A stretch of DNA of 64,000 bases, taken from NCBI GenBank assembly GCA_050633245.1, contig JBOEGD010000009.1, positions 273,839 to 337,838 on the forward strand. The letters run 5' to 3'. Position 1 is the first letter of the stretch, and every line of letters starts with the position of its first letter. The stretch comes from Calditrichia bacterium. Its GTDB lineage: Bacteria > Calditrichota > Calditrichia > RBG-13-44-9 > J075. The position numbers and the translations under genes are program-made. Below are positions 20,054 to 29,894 of the stretch, piece after piece. The notes below the pieces were generated by a model. That model was not told the DNA's origin. It made no database searches and saw nothing but the letters and a program-made list of their open reading frames with translations.

Positions 20054-21430
20054 TTATTCTTCGAGCAGCTTAAAGTCTCCACTTGTGTTTCGACCGGTAT
20101 TAGAGCTACTGTTTGTAGAATTCGGTAGCCCGCCAACCCATGCGCCACTAAAAGTATTACGACTTCCATTGCGACGAACTTCCAGATCGATCAGTTCGAG
20201 TCCTTCAGCAGCAAATTCGCGGCCTTTGTTTTCGAATCCTGTTTGAGCATCATTGATCCAAATCTTGTTGCCTGCGCTGCCCGGCAGCCAAACACCGATA
20301 TATTGATTAGCACCATTTTCAAGCACCAGTTCAAAATCGCTTAGATAGTAGCCGTCTGTGCGATACCCGCGATGTCGGGAAATAAATCCGCCATTATCTT
20401 TCGCTTTCCAAATTTTATCTGCGCCGCCCGACTTCCAGATACCCGCATATTTGGTCACGCCGTTTCGAGTATAGCCTTCCACATCAAACAGCTGCAGCCC
20501 GTCTTTAAGATATCCGGAGCGCTTTTGCAGAAATTCCTGCCAGGTTAAGCCTACCCACAATTTATGATCTGCGGAGGCACGTCGAAAGAGTCCAACGTAT
20601 TCAAAATCACCGGAACCAACGGCTACTTCCACATCCACAATACGATACCCTTGAGCACGTAGCTGCTGACGCGTCGAGCGAAACGTCGGCCAATCTGTTG
20701 AACGAAAAACACGCGTATCCCCTGCCCCACCGCTCCAAACACCACTGTATGTAGAAACGGCGCCGGTGCGATTTGTTTCAAGGTCTACCAAATTAAAGGT
20801 AGCTGCAAGTTCACGATCACGCTGTACAAAGGCATCCCACCCAGCGTCAATCATCAATTGATTCCCGCGACCGGTATTTATTGTTGAAGGGATCGTTGTT
20901 CGAGGTTGCGTCGTTTGCGGAGTAAAACTCTGAGGAACCGGATTGGTTGTCCGCGGTTGCTGAGGAGCCGGAACGGTTTGTGTGATGACACGTGTTTTGC
21001 CGGAAAAGACAAAGACGTAATCAACCGGCCGCTTAGCAGAAACAGTCACCTCTTTTGTAACGCTTACATTAGACTCAGGATGTGTAACCACCATACTCTG
21101 CGAACTGCCGTTCATATCTTCCGGTACTGCGAGAACAAAATCGCCGTCAAAACCACTAAGGGTGGTGTCGCCGCCCAGAGTAACCTGAACATTCGCAATT
21201 CCGTGGTCACGATCATCAACCACCAGACCGCGCACGGGAATCGTAGGGCCGTCTGGCGATGCAATTACCGGATCGGACTTAAATGCCCCATTCCAAAGAC
21301 TATATAACAAATATGCAAATAGGCCCAGAAGAGCAACAAACAGAATAATCTTTCCTGTCGGCAGCTCGCCAGCCGGTATCTGGCTGGATTCATAGGTTTG
21401 ATTGCGTTTTCGCGCTTTGCGCATTGCCAT
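20054..21430 (-). CDS. Membrane-anchored protein: carboxypeptidase-regulatory-like domain, Pro/Thr/Gln linker, BTRD1-like tandem repeats
   Basis: TM helix; VRGLVVDD..GIANVQVTL...DGDFVL; ~50-aa repeats such as GYRIVDVEV...YVGLF, GLQLFDVEGY...YAGIW, GYYLSDFE...YIGVW. Confidence 0.7.
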   Translation of the reverse strand: MAMRKARKRNQTYESSQIPAGELPTGKIILFVALLGLFAYLLYSLWNGAFKSDPVIASPDGPTIPVRGLVVDDRDHGIANVQVTLGGDTTLSGFDGDFVLAVPEDMNGSSQSMVVTHPESNVSVTKEVTVSAKRPVDYVFVFSGKTRVITQTVPAPQQPRTTNPVPQSFTPQTTQPRTTIPSTINTGRGNQLMIDAGWDAFVQRDRELAATFNLVDLETNRTGAVSTYSGVWSGGAGDTRVFRSTDWPTFRSTRQQLRAQGYRIVDVEVAVGSGDFEYVGLFRRASADHKLWVGLTWQEFLQKRSGYLKDGLQLFDVEGYTRNGVTKYAGIWKSGGADKIWKAKDNGGFISRHRGYRTDGYYLSDFELVLENGANQYIGVWLPGSAGNKIWINDAQTGFENKGREFAAEGLELIDLEVRRNGSRNTFSGAWVGGLPNSTNSSSNTGRNTSGDFKLLEE

Positions 21431-21645
21431 CTTTTTCTCCCCTTCTGACGTTGCGTCACAACACGCTGTAGTGACGATGATACATCGAAAGAAAATAAGG
21501 ATTTACAGCTATAATGTCAAGCGGGTTGTAGACTTACGTCGACGCAGAGAAATACCGTCATTTATAAAGTTATATATGCTTATACCGACTGTAGCAGAAA
21601 GAAGAAATATAAAATTCGTATTACATGAAACACGGAGGTTTCAAT

Positions 21646-24066
21646 ATGAGACAATCTCTATCCGTACTTTTTATCTGCCTGCTGTCATTCCAGATTTTCG
21701 CACAGCTCGGTTCACCAGACGTCGAAGGGGTTTATGGTGGCAGAGTAAGCTGGATGACCGCAACCGCACTGGACTCGCAAACAACCCGTGTGTTCATAGC
21801 AACGGAGAGCGCAAATTCCTTATTTTATAGCGACATTGACCACTCGGCAGATTTTCCTGCCTATTCTGCCTTTAGCACCGTTGCCGATGTCGACAGCAAT
21901 GATGGCTTTGGAAGAAATGTAACCGACTTTTCGGTACATGCTGCTTCGGGAACGGTCTTTTTTCGTCATAACAGCGGACTTTACAGCGTAACGGCAGCAG
22001 CTGGTTCCCGGGTGTCAATAGAATCGGGAGGCGTTCAGGCCGTTGCAACCTGGCAGAATTTTTTGATCTATACACGCCAAAACCCGGCTGGCGTCGAGCT
22101 GGTTTTTGGAACCGTTGATCCTGTAAGCGGAGCGTTTACTCCCGCTTCTGCGAGTCCACGCCAAATATTAAGCGGATTCCCGGCACCGGCTCCCGGCTAT
22201 GGCCTGCACATAAACCCTGTCGACGAGACGGTTTATTTGTTTATTCCCGGAACGTCACCCGAAATCTACCAGTCCAGCGATGCAATTGGCAGTCTGTCCT
22301 CTACTACCAGCTTTTCGCAGCTGAGTGTAACGGACCTTGGCAGCAGCTATGACTATCGCGTCAGTGGAATGGCACCCGATGGCCGTCTGTTTGTCGGTAC
22401 CGTGGCCGGAGTTGAACCTGATCACGGTAAGTTTGTTGGCTATACGGACAACAATGGTGCAAGCTGGGATACACTGCATACCGGTATTGGTGGAACCCAT
22501 GGCGCCAATTTTGGTTTTGCCGGCGATAGCAGCAACTACCACGTGTATTTTGGCGTCGCAGCGAATGACAACAAAGGCAGTTCCGGAAGTTGGCTGCCAC
22601 TGGCTTCAGGCAGCTTCGAAACGCACCCCAACGACGGGCCGGTTATTGGCGATCCCAATCACGCTGAGGTGATCTACATGAGCACCGATATGGGGTTAGG
22701 CACCTCCATTAATCAGGGAACGGATATATTCGAAATTAACGACGGCATTGAAGCAGTGCAGATAAACGACTTCGATATGAACGCCGACAAAACTATTGCC
22801 TGGAGTGCTTCAAAATCTGGTATTCGCCGCGTAACAAATTATGCCGGCAGTTCAGAAAACTGGTCTGTACACTTTCCAAATGGTGATGGCTCGCCATACT
22901 ACTCGATAGCAATGGATCATAGTGATAGCAGCGGACAAACCGCTTATGCCGGAAATGTACGTCTCTACAAAACAACCAATGGCGGTACAAGTTGGACGCG
23001 CGTTTTCGATACGCAAGACCCTGCGCACGGCTTTGGTTTTTGGAGTTATATTTCTTCAATCGAAGTTCACCCGGATGCGGACAATGTTATTCTGATCGGC
23101 GTCAATTCTGCACGTATTTCCGGTGTTACCGGCGGTGTGTTTTACAGCGAGGATGCCGGTGCTTCCTGGAATCGAATTGATACCGGAGTCTACAATACAG
23201 AAGTTAGGGATATGCTCGTTACCTACAGCGCGGATAGCACCACAACAATCTACATCGCCTGCGAATACCTGAGTGACGGAACAACATCTTCCTATGGTGT
23301 GAAGAGAATTATTCATCACGACTCTCTTGGAGCACCTTATTTTGAAAACGACATGATTGGCGAAAGTGGTAGCAACATCACCAATTTTGGTGCATTGAGT
23401 CTGGCAGCTAATTCGAATGGTGATGTGTATGCTTCCGGACGTCGCGGTTCGGATGAAGAACCGCGTATCTACATACTGGAAGCCGATTCCAGTTACTGGA
23501 ACCTGTTGCCCAGCGGGTCTTTACCTGCTGCCGGAGAAGCAACGGCGATTACCATTGGCATCGACGAAAACGGCAATGAGGTTCCGTTTACTGCGATTGC
23601 TAATGAAATTCATTATCTGCAGAACAACAGCACTTGGCAAACCGGGTATGTTTATCCGGTGGGAACGGCAATAAACATGCTCTTCTGGGATGATCTTCTC
23701 GTTGGAACCGGCACGGGGCTTTATGGTCATTATCTTCAAAACCCTGTCGGTGTGCATAGCAGTTCAGATAATCAAATCCCCAGTGGCTATTCGTTAGAGC
23801 AGAATTATCCAAATCCATTCAACCCATCGACAACCATTCGCTATGCGCTCCCCTATCGCAGTCGCGTTACGCTGGAAGTGTTCACCATTACCGGTCAGCG
23901 GGTGGCTACGCTTGTTAACACGATTCAACCTGCCGCGACTTATTCCGTGCGTTGGACCGCAGGCAGAATCGCTTCCGGAGTCTACATCTACCGCTTTACA
24001 GCAAGCTCATTAGGTGAACAAATTGTTGGGTTTAGCAGTTCCGGTAGGATGACGTTGGTAAAATAA
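21646..24066 (+). CDS. Secreted beta-propeller (BNR/Asp-box) protein with T9SS-type C-terminal domain
   Basis: GGAGG RBS and signal peptide; Asp-boxes TDNNGASW, TTNGGTSW, SEDAGASW; QNYPNPFNP C-terminal domain. Confidence 0.82.
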   Translation: MRQSLSVLFICLLSFQIFAQLGSPDVEGVYGGRVSWMTATALDSQTTRVFIATESANSLFYSDIDHSADFPAYSAFSTVADVDSNDGFGRNVTDFSVHAASGTVFFRHNSGLYSVTAAAGSRVSIESGGVQAVATWQNFLIYTRQNPAGVELVFGTVDPVSGAFTPASASPRQILSGFPAPAPGYGLHINPVDETVYLFIPGTSPEIYQSSDAIGSLSSTTSFSQLSVTDLGSSYDYRVSGMAPDGRLFVGTVAGVEPDHGKFVGYTDNNGASWDTLHTGIGGTHGANFGFAGDSSNYHVYFGVAANDNKGSSGSWLPLASGSFETHPNDGPVIGDPNHAEVIYMSTDMGLGTSINQGTDIFEINDGIEAVQINDFDMNADKTIAWSASKSGIRRVTNYAGSSENWSVHFPNGDGSPYYSIAMDHSDSSGQTAYAGNVRLYKTTNGGTSWTRVFDTQDPAHGFGFWSYISSIEVHPDADNVILIGVNSARISGVTGGVFYSEDAGASWNRIDTGVYNTEVRDMLVTYSADSTTTIYIACEYLSDGTTSSYGVKRIIHHDSLGAPYFENDMIGESGSNITNFGALSLAANSNGDVYASGRRGSDEEPRIYILEADSSYWNLLPSGSLPAAGEATAITIGIDENGNEVPFTAIANEIHYLQNNSTWQTGYVYPVGTAINMLFWDDLLVGTGTGLYGHYLQNPVGVHSSSDNQIPSGYSLEQNYPNPFNPSTTIRYALPYRSRVTLEVFTITGQRVATLVNTIQPAATYSVRWTAGRIASGVYIYRFTASSLGEQIVGFSSSGRMTLVK

Positions 24067-24085
24067 TTTGTGGGGAAACATATAT

Positions 24086-24125
24086 CAAAACTCCGCGAAG
24101 GTTTAAAAGCCGGAGCGGAGTTTTG
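24086..24125. terminator. Probable bidirectional terminator
   Basis: CAAAACTCCGC...GCGGAGTTTTG inverted repeat between convergent genes. Confidence 0.55.
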
Positions 24126-24145
24126 TTATTTGTAGATTGAGAGTA

Positions 24146-25165
24146 TCACGACTTAATAAAGATCTTCAAACCCTCGGTGCAGTTGCGGCACATCTCGATG
24201 CTGTCGCGGTCGCGCACCACCATTTTGCGGAAACGCTGATAGTTATCACCCTGCCAAATGTCGGCAAAAGTATCTTCCTCGACCGTACCCAGAGTGAAAT
24301 CTGCGTCTTTATCGAAGCAGCAGGGAATCACCTGCTTATCCCAGGTTATCGCCGATCCATACCAAAGTTTGCTACAGTAGCCTGAGTAGGATCCTTTTAA
24401 TTGGTATTGATCATCCACTTTTTCATAGCGGCGATATTTCGGATTCTCAGGAAGCGTGTCCTCTGCGTTATCAAAATCGTAGATTTGTGGAGACTTGAAG
24501 ATCACCCGGTCGACCCCAAGCTCTTTGCCAAGAACTTTAATATCAGACATCTCATGTTCATTATGTCGCATCACAATAAACTGCAGATCAGCACGGGGAA
24601 AGCGTTTTCCCAGCTTTTTCCTGGCATCGGTAAAGTGTTTTACACCGCGCGTTACGCGATGAAAATGTCCTGCCAGGCGGTAAATTTTATAGGTCTCTTC
24701 CGTTGCACCATCAACAGATAAAATCAGCCTTCCCAACTTGCTCTCCGCCAGCTCATGAGCAAACTCGGGGTTTGCCAATCGCGTACCATTGGTGCTGATG
24801 GTTACGAAAATGCCCTTTTCATACGCGTAGTTAATCATTTTAATAATGTCGGGGTTGATAAACGACTCACCTTGAAAAAACAGCAAGAGCAAGACGGTAT
24901 AGTCTGCTATTTCATCAATAATTTTCCGATAGTCATCAATACTCATGTATCCCTGCGGCCGCAAAAGCGTTTGAAGACCAACAGGACACTGCGGACAGCG
25001 TAGATTACAGTGAGATGTGGGCTCAATAATGAACGTATATGGTTTACCCCAAACCGTATAGCGCCCGGTAGTGCGGGAAAGCGTGTATGAGGAGAGAGTT
25101 TTTGCAATATTAACGGCTTTTTTAGGACTTGCGAAGCGACTAAGAAACTTAATGTCCTGAATCAT
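24146..25165 (-). CDS. Radical SAM protein with SPASM/Twitch domain
   Basis: CNLRCPQC, QGE, STNG, SVDG; C-terminal CSKLW...PCCFD...G...CRNC. Start ATG 25165 after GAGGA; the longer ORF-track start lies inside a terminator. Confidence 0.9.
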   Translation of the reverse strand: MIQDIKFLSRFASPKKAVNIAKTLSSYTLSRTTGRYTVWGKPYTFIIEPTSHCNLRCPQCPVGLQTLLRPQGYMSIDDYRKIIDEIADYTVLLLLFFQGESFINPDIIKMINYAYEKGIFVTISTNGTRLANPEFAHELAESKLGRLILSVDGATEETYKIYRLAGHFHRVTRGVKHFTDARKKLGKRFPRADLQFIVMRHNEHEMSDIKVLGKELGVDRVIFKSPQIYDFDNAEDTLPENPKYRRYEKVDDQYQLKGSYSGYCSKLWYGSAITWDKQVIPCCFDKDADFTLGTVEEDTFADIWQGDNYQRFRKMVVRDRDSIEMCRNCTEGLKIFIKS

Positions 25166-25181
25166 GGAATCCTCTGGGGTT

Positions 25182-25211
25182 AAAAAAAAGGGACATGCGA
25201 ACATGTCCCTT
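25182..25211 (-). terminator. Strong intrinsic terminator 16 nt upstream of the radical SAM start
   Basis: AAGGGACATG-TTCG-CATGTCCC followed by T8. Confidence 0.85.
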
Positions 25212-25279
25212 AAAGCGGCGACGAGGCTTTGTCTTGTAAAGCAAGGTGGGAGGTTGCTGGTAGGCTGAACCTCATCGCC
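25182..25279 (-). ncRNA. Candidate riboswitch/attenuator leader or sRNA (~98 nt)
   Basis: 10-bp stem GGCGAUGAGG/CCUCGUCGCC with one U-G pair, starting at the predicted transcription start and followed by the terminator. Confidence 0.55.
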
Positions 25280-25285
25280 TTGTAG

Positions 25286-25314
25286 AATTTATACGACAAA
25301 CCTGTCAATGTCAA
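25286..25314 (-). promoter_or_regulatory. Sigma70-type promoter
   Basis: TTGACA-N17-TAAATT, with the RNA stem starting 7 nt downstream. Confidence 0.65.
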
Positions 25315-25334
25315 GCTAATTCACGACGATAATT

Positions 25335-26684
25335 CTAGCCAATAAACGCCTTGGCAGCTCTTGGAAACGCATAATGCAGTTCCAGAACCTCCCAACGTTC
25401 ATCTCGTAAAATAAGTGTGGCTTGAAGAATATCGCCCTGCTTTAAGCGGACAAAGGCATTAGAAGGTAAGTAGACATTCTCGATTGTATTGCCAAATTGC
25501 ATATCACTTAAGTCCAGCGTGTGCCGGGTACGACTGCGAAAATCTTTAATCTCATAAAATCCACTAAGCTGCTTCACTTCATCACTACCACGCAGCAACA
25601 TGACATCAAAAAGACTATAATCTTCCATATATTGTTTCAATGTGGCAATTACTCGCGGCACTTCGGTTTTCACGCGCTCGTAATACATCGCAAAGCGTTT
25701 TTTGTGGTTTACACCATAGGTATTCGCTACCCAGTTCACATAGCGAGCTGTCGTTTGAAAGAGTCTTGGAATGCGCTCAATTTCTTCATTCGAAAATTTT
25801 TGTACAACCCAGACGGTTAGAAATTCAAGTAGACGTTCTTCACTTAACTCATAGACATTACGAGCGTTGGCATGTTCAATCAGGTAATCACGAAACTCTT
25901 CGATATCCTGTTCAATAAACTCCGCTACATCTTCAGAGTTTATGCTGCGATCATCAATAAATTTACGAATGGATACTGAAATGTCTTCATAGGGGCGATT
26001 CCAGTCCTCTTCAGCTGCCTCAGTAGCAAACTGAGTATCCTCGTTCCATTCGGGCTTTGCCCCCGACTCTTCTTCTCGTCCGAGTAAGTCTTCAAAATGA
26101 TCGATTGCTGAATCTGCGGGACGCTCCAGAAGCGAATGACCTTCTTTGCGAATATATTCAATCAAAATATCTTCAACGAAATCTGCCAGTTCAATGATCT
26201 CAAAATCTTCCTCATCGATTTCCACACCCACTTCTTCAAAATAGAACTGCAGAAGGGTGTCTAAAATAACATGATCCATTAACTCAATGCGAAAGTTCTT
26301 TTCGCGAATAATGCCTTCTGTGAGGAATGATCGCAGACTGCTCAAGCGTTTTTGTACGGGCTCCCCGTCTTTTTTTGAAGAGAGCGAACTGCCATTGAGA
26401 TCGAGGATGTGGTTCAGACTGTGGTCATCGTAGCCATTTTCTTCTACGAAGCACTCAAAGCTATCGCCGATATTAAAGCAAAGAGTTCCAATATTTTCCT
26501 TTTCCAGGAACAGCCCGGAATCACTACGGGTTTCTATAAAGAAGCGTTTTTCAAGCTGGTGGGCGAGATGATTAATCATCAGATAAATAAAATAGTCGAG
26601 GTTGGTCAGTTCATAGACCTCCTTATCCCAGCTTTCCACAAATTCCCTTGCGGAAATGAACGGTTTGTAGTAGTGTTGCGACAA
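25335..26684 (-). CDS. Hypothetical acidic protein with a possible integrase SAM-like helical domain
   Basis: Long ORF with TTG start. DIEEFRDYL...VYELSEERLLEFL...TARYVNWV resembles a core-binding SAM-like fold; no catalytic R-H-R-Y set seen. Confidence 0.6.
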   Translation of the reverse strand: MSQHYYKPFISAREFVESWDKEVYELTNLDYFIYLMINHLAHQLEKRFFIETRSDSGLFLEKENIGTLCFNIGDSFECFVEENGYDDHSLNHILDLNGSSLSSKKDGEPVQKRLSSLRSFLTEGIIREKNFRIELMDHVILDTLLQFYFEEVGVEIDEEDFEIIELADFVEDILIEYIRKEGHSLLERPADSAIDHFEDLLGREEESGAKPEWNEDTQFATEAAEEDWNRPYEDISVSIRKFIDDRSINSEDVAEFIEQDIEEFRDYLIEHANARNVYELSEERLLEFLTVWVVQKFSNEEIERIPRLFQTTARYVNWVANTYGVNHKKRFAMYYERVKTEVPRVIATLKQYMEDYSLFDVMLLRGSDEVKQLSGFYEIKDFRSRTRHTLDLSDMQFGNTIENVYLPSNAFVRLKQGDILQATLILRDERWEVLELHYAFPRAAKAFIG

Positions 26685-26773
26685 CCCCGTAACCTCGATT
26701 ACGTTAATTTTCCTCGATGAATTTAATACCTCATCTAAAACTAATCAACAACAATTTCGGTATATTCTCATCA

Positions 26774-28612
26774 TTATGATGTCTTTTGAAGTTTTGCATG
26801 AGGAAGATCGTTTTGCTCACGGTATTGCAGCTCGTAAAGTTTGAAATACAGACTGCGATTTTTCAACAGTTCCTGATGTGTACCCTGCTCCCGAATTCGG
26901 CCCTTGTGCATCACAACAATCTGATCGACGTGTTGGATCGTCGACAGGCGGTGAGCGATCACAATCGCCGTACGCCCCTGTAGCACGACTTCCAGTGCCT
27001 CTTGTATTAACGCCTCAGATTCGCTGTCAATATTTGCGGTCGCTTCATCCAGGAGTAAAACGTCCGGATCCATCGCAAGAGCTCTGGCCAAACTCAGCAG
27101 TTGCTTTTGGCCAACAGAGAAATTACTCCCGCGCTCGCGAACAACCGATTGATATCCATTGGGTAATTTTTCGATAAAGTCATGTGCATTAACCATCTTC
27201 GCGGCATGAATAACCGTTTCTTCCGAAATGTCTTCCCGGTTCATTCGAATATTGTCCAGGATGGTCCCCGAGAACAGAAAGACATCCTGTAGTACAATCG
27301 TCATACGGCTCCGCAGATTCTGCACATCCCAATCGCGGATCTCATTACCATCTACCAGGATCTGGCCCTGTTGGATATCATATAGCCTTCCGAGTAAACG
27401 CAGCATTGTGGTTTTCCCCGAGCCGGTATGCCCAACTAAGGCATAACGCTTTCCGGCGGGAATATGAAGATTAATATCGCGCAAAACCGGTTCTTCTTCG
27501 TATGCAAAGCAAACGTCCTTAAACTGCATTTCTCCGGCGATGCGTTCCTGTTGATGCCCATTTTCCGGAGAAACGATACGTGGCTTTGTGTCTAACAGTT
27601 TAAAAATACGTTCAGAAGATGCAAGCGCTCCTTGCAGCACATTGTATTTATCAGATAAATCGCTGATCGGGCGAAAAAACATGCGCGCATACTGAATAAA
27701 GGCGATGAGTACACCTAAGGTTACCACCTCACTGGTTATCAGCCAGCCACCGCGAAAAATAATGATCGCCAATGCCGTCGCACTGACAATTTCTACCACC
27801 GGAAAAAACACGGCGTAGTAAAATATAGTGCGGATAAAGGCTTCAGCATGCTCCCAGTTAATCTTGCGAAAGCGTTTTAGATCTTCCTCTTCACGGTTGA
27901 ATAGCTGCACTATGCCCATTCCTGATATACGCTCCTGCAAAAAAGAGTTGATATTCGCCAGATAGAGACGAATTTCTCCATATGCAGAGCGGACTTTTTT
28001 GCGAAAGACAAACGAGGCAATAAACAGTAACGGAATTACGGAGAACGTCCAGAGCGCCAGCTCCAGATTAATCGACACCATCATAATCACGATACCCACA
28101 ATCATAAAGATATCGCCAAATATCATTACCAAACCCTGAGTAAACATCTGATTTAGCGCTTCGACGTCTGAGGTAACACGCGTCATCAGGCGTCCAACCG
28201 GATTGCGATCGTAATATTGCTGATGAAGATGCTGAAGGTGAGTAAAGATCTCATTGCGAAGATCGAAAATAATTTTCTGGCCAATATACTGCGTCAATAA
28301 AATTTGGAAGTAGCGAATCAGAAAAACGCCGGTTAGAACGCCAACATAAATTCCAACTATCTGAAGGAGACCGCCGGAATCTCCTTTAACAATATGATCA
28401 TCGACAGCAATTTTTATCAGGTAGGGACCAACCGTTTCCAGGATGGCGGCAATAATAATAAGCAAAACAGCAATAACAATAATCAGGCTATATGGCTTAC
28501 CATAGCGCAGTAGTCGACCGAGCATATCGGTGTCGACGGCGCGGGTGGTAATTAAATCATCATCAAGTCTTTTTTTTGCCGGCTTTTTATCAACAGTGTT
28601 TTTTGAGGTCAT
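26774..28612 (-). CDS. ABC exporter, fused permease/ATP-binding (MdlB/MsbA-like)
   Basis: GRLMTRVTSDV, GHTGSGKTT, FSVGQKQ, LLDEATANID, IAHRLST. Confidence 0.93.
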   Translation of the reverse strand: MTSKNTVDKKPAKKRLDDDLITTRAVDTDMLGRLLRYGKPYSLIIVIAVLLIIIAAILETVGPYLIKIAVDDHIVKGDSGGLLQIVGIYVGVLTGVFLIRYFQILLTQYIGQKIIFDLRNEIFTHLQHLHQQYYDRNPVGRLMTRVTSDVEALNQMFTQGLVMIFGDIFMIVGIVIMMVSINLELALWTFSVIPLLFIASFVFRKKVRSAYGEIRLYLANINSFLQERISGMGIVQLFNREEEDLKRFRKINWEHAEAFIRTIFYYAVFFPVVEIVSATALAIIIFRGGWLITSEVVTLGVLIAFIQYARMFFRPISDLSDKYNVLQGALASSERIFKLLDTKPRIVSPENGHQQERIAGEMQFKDVCFAYEEEPVLRDINLHIPAGKRYALVGHTGSGKTTMLRLLGRLYDIQQGQILVDGNEIRDWDVQNLRSRMTIVLQDVFLFSGTILDNIRMNREDISEETVIHAAKMVNAHDFIEKLPNGYQSVVRERGSNFSVGQKQLLSLARALAMDPDVLLLDEATANIDSESEALIQEALEVVLQGRTAIVIAHRLSTIQHVDQIVVMHKGRIREQGTHQELLKNRSLYFKLYELQYREQNDLPHAKLQKTS

Positions 28613-28695
28613 GTGTTTTTAGACGCAGAGTATTAGTAAACGTTACGTGAATTTAGAAATTAGATAATATAACAGAATGAATTTGCAATTTGACT

Positions 28696-28765
28696 TTGTC
28701 ATCTCGAGCGGAATAGAGAGTCTAAAAGGCGCTCAATAGGGCTTCGACTTCGCCCAGCTTGACAA
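28696..28765. repeat. Degenerate REP-like stem-loop
   Basis: TTGTCATCTCGAGCGGAATAGAGAG...CTTCGACTTCGCCCAGCTTGACAA, an imperfect inverted repeat of the GTCA..GAGCG..GTCGA type. Confidence 0.55.
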
Positions 28766-28803
28766 AATTTGAGAAGAAAGATATATCAAATATTGCAGGC
28801 TAA

Positions 28804-29481
28804 CTAAACAAGAAAAGACCCACCAATTTTACAGATTCTGCCTTTCAGACTGATCGCCGCCAGTTTTTCAACAAATTCGTTCGGATCGGCCTGGATAATG
28901 TCAAAGGTATCAAAATGCATCGGTAAATACGATTTCGCCTGTAAAAAATCTGCTGCTATAACGGCATCGTCGATGCCCATGGTATAGTTGTCACCTATGG
29001 GTAAAATTGCAAGATCAATTGAGTTCAACTCGCCAATCAATTTCATATCATAAAAGAGGCCGGTATCGCCGGCATGATAGATCGTCTTCTCATCCACCGT
29101 TAAAAGAATTCCGGCCGGATGCTCGGTAAATCCACCGTCATGAGTCGAGAGGCTGTGGTGGGCAATTGTAAACTTAACCCGACCGAATGGAAATTGATAA
29201 GCGCCTCCAATACTCATGGCGTGTGCATCCACGCCTTCCGAGATGCAATATTTTGCCAGTTCATTGGCTGCAATTACCGTCGCATTATTTCGTTTGGCAA
29301 TGGCAATTGTGTCTCCCAGGTGGTCGGTATGTCCATGTGTTAGCAAGATATAATCGACGTTTACCTGCTCCGGCGTCAGTACGGCCATGGGATTTCCGGT
29401 AAGAAATGGATCTATAGCGAGACGGGCCTTACTGGTTTCAATTAAGAAGCCGGAATGTCCAAGAAATGTAAGTTCGGGCAT
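28804..29481 (-). CDS. Metal-dependent hydrolase, metallo-beta-lactamase fold (UPF0173-like)
   Basis: FLGHS, IDPF, THGHTDH, HAGDT, PMHFDTF. Confidence 0.9.
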   Translation of the reverse strand: MPELTFLGHSGFLIETSKARLAIDPFLTGNPMAVLTPEQVNVDYILLTHGHTDHLGDTIAIAKRNNATVIAANELAKYCISEGVDAHAMSIGGAYQFPFGRVKFTIAHHSLSTHDGGFTEHPAGILLTVDEKTIYHAGDTGLFYDMKLIGELNSIDLAILPIGDNYTMGIDDAVIAADFLQAKSYLPMHFDTFDIIQADPNEFVEKLAAISLKGRICKIGGSFLV

Positions 29482-29569
29482 GGCAAGACCTTTCAGAATA
29501 CGGATTCAATGCGTACAGAAAGCGCAATGTAAGCAATTCCGTCTGGATTGAAAAGTCGTTTCCAGACAT

Positions 29570-29605
29570 AAAAAAAGGGAAATCGCAAAGCAATTTCCCT
29601 TTTTT
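29570..29605 (-). terminator. Terminator of rplU-rpmA
   Basis: AAAAAAGGGAAAT...ATTTCCCTTTTTT inverted repeat with A/T tracts. Confidence 0.75.
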
Positions 29606-29626
29606 AAAATCGATAGTTGCAAGAAC

Positions 29627-29881
29627 CTATGCAGGAACAACGCTTACTTTAGTGCGCTTCTTGTCCTTACGCTCAAACTTTACCTTGCCATCGACAAGGG
29701 CAAAGAGAGAATCATCACCGGCGCGTTTTACATTGTCGCCTGGATGCCATTTGGTTCCGCGCTGGCGAATAATAATGCTTCCGGCAGTAACGGCTTCACC
29801 ACCGAAGGCTTTTACGCCTAACATTTTAGGATTACTGTCGCGTCCGTTTCGGGAGCTACCGACACCTTTTTTATGAGCCAT
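29627..29881 (-). CDS. rpmA: 50S ribosomal protein L27
   Basis: [16 protein letters not shown]...IIIRQRGTK. Confidence 0.99.
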   Translation of the reverse strand: MAHKKGVGSSRNGRDSNPKMLGVKAFGGEAVTAGSIIIRQRGTKWHPGDNVKRAGDDSLFALVDGKVKFERKDKKRTKVSVVPA

Positions 29882-29894
29882 GAGTTACCTCCGT

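Noticed and set aside
25217-25279. Canonical fluoride or SAM-I riboswitch
   Set aside because: Only short segments match. The crcB GCURAUGAC..CUAC 3' part and the SAM-I AUC..GAG/GGUGC core are missing, so it is kept as an unknown motif.
25335-26684. Tyrosine integrase or mobile element
   Set aside because: No catalytic R..H-x-x-R..Y set, and no att sites or cargo genes visible.
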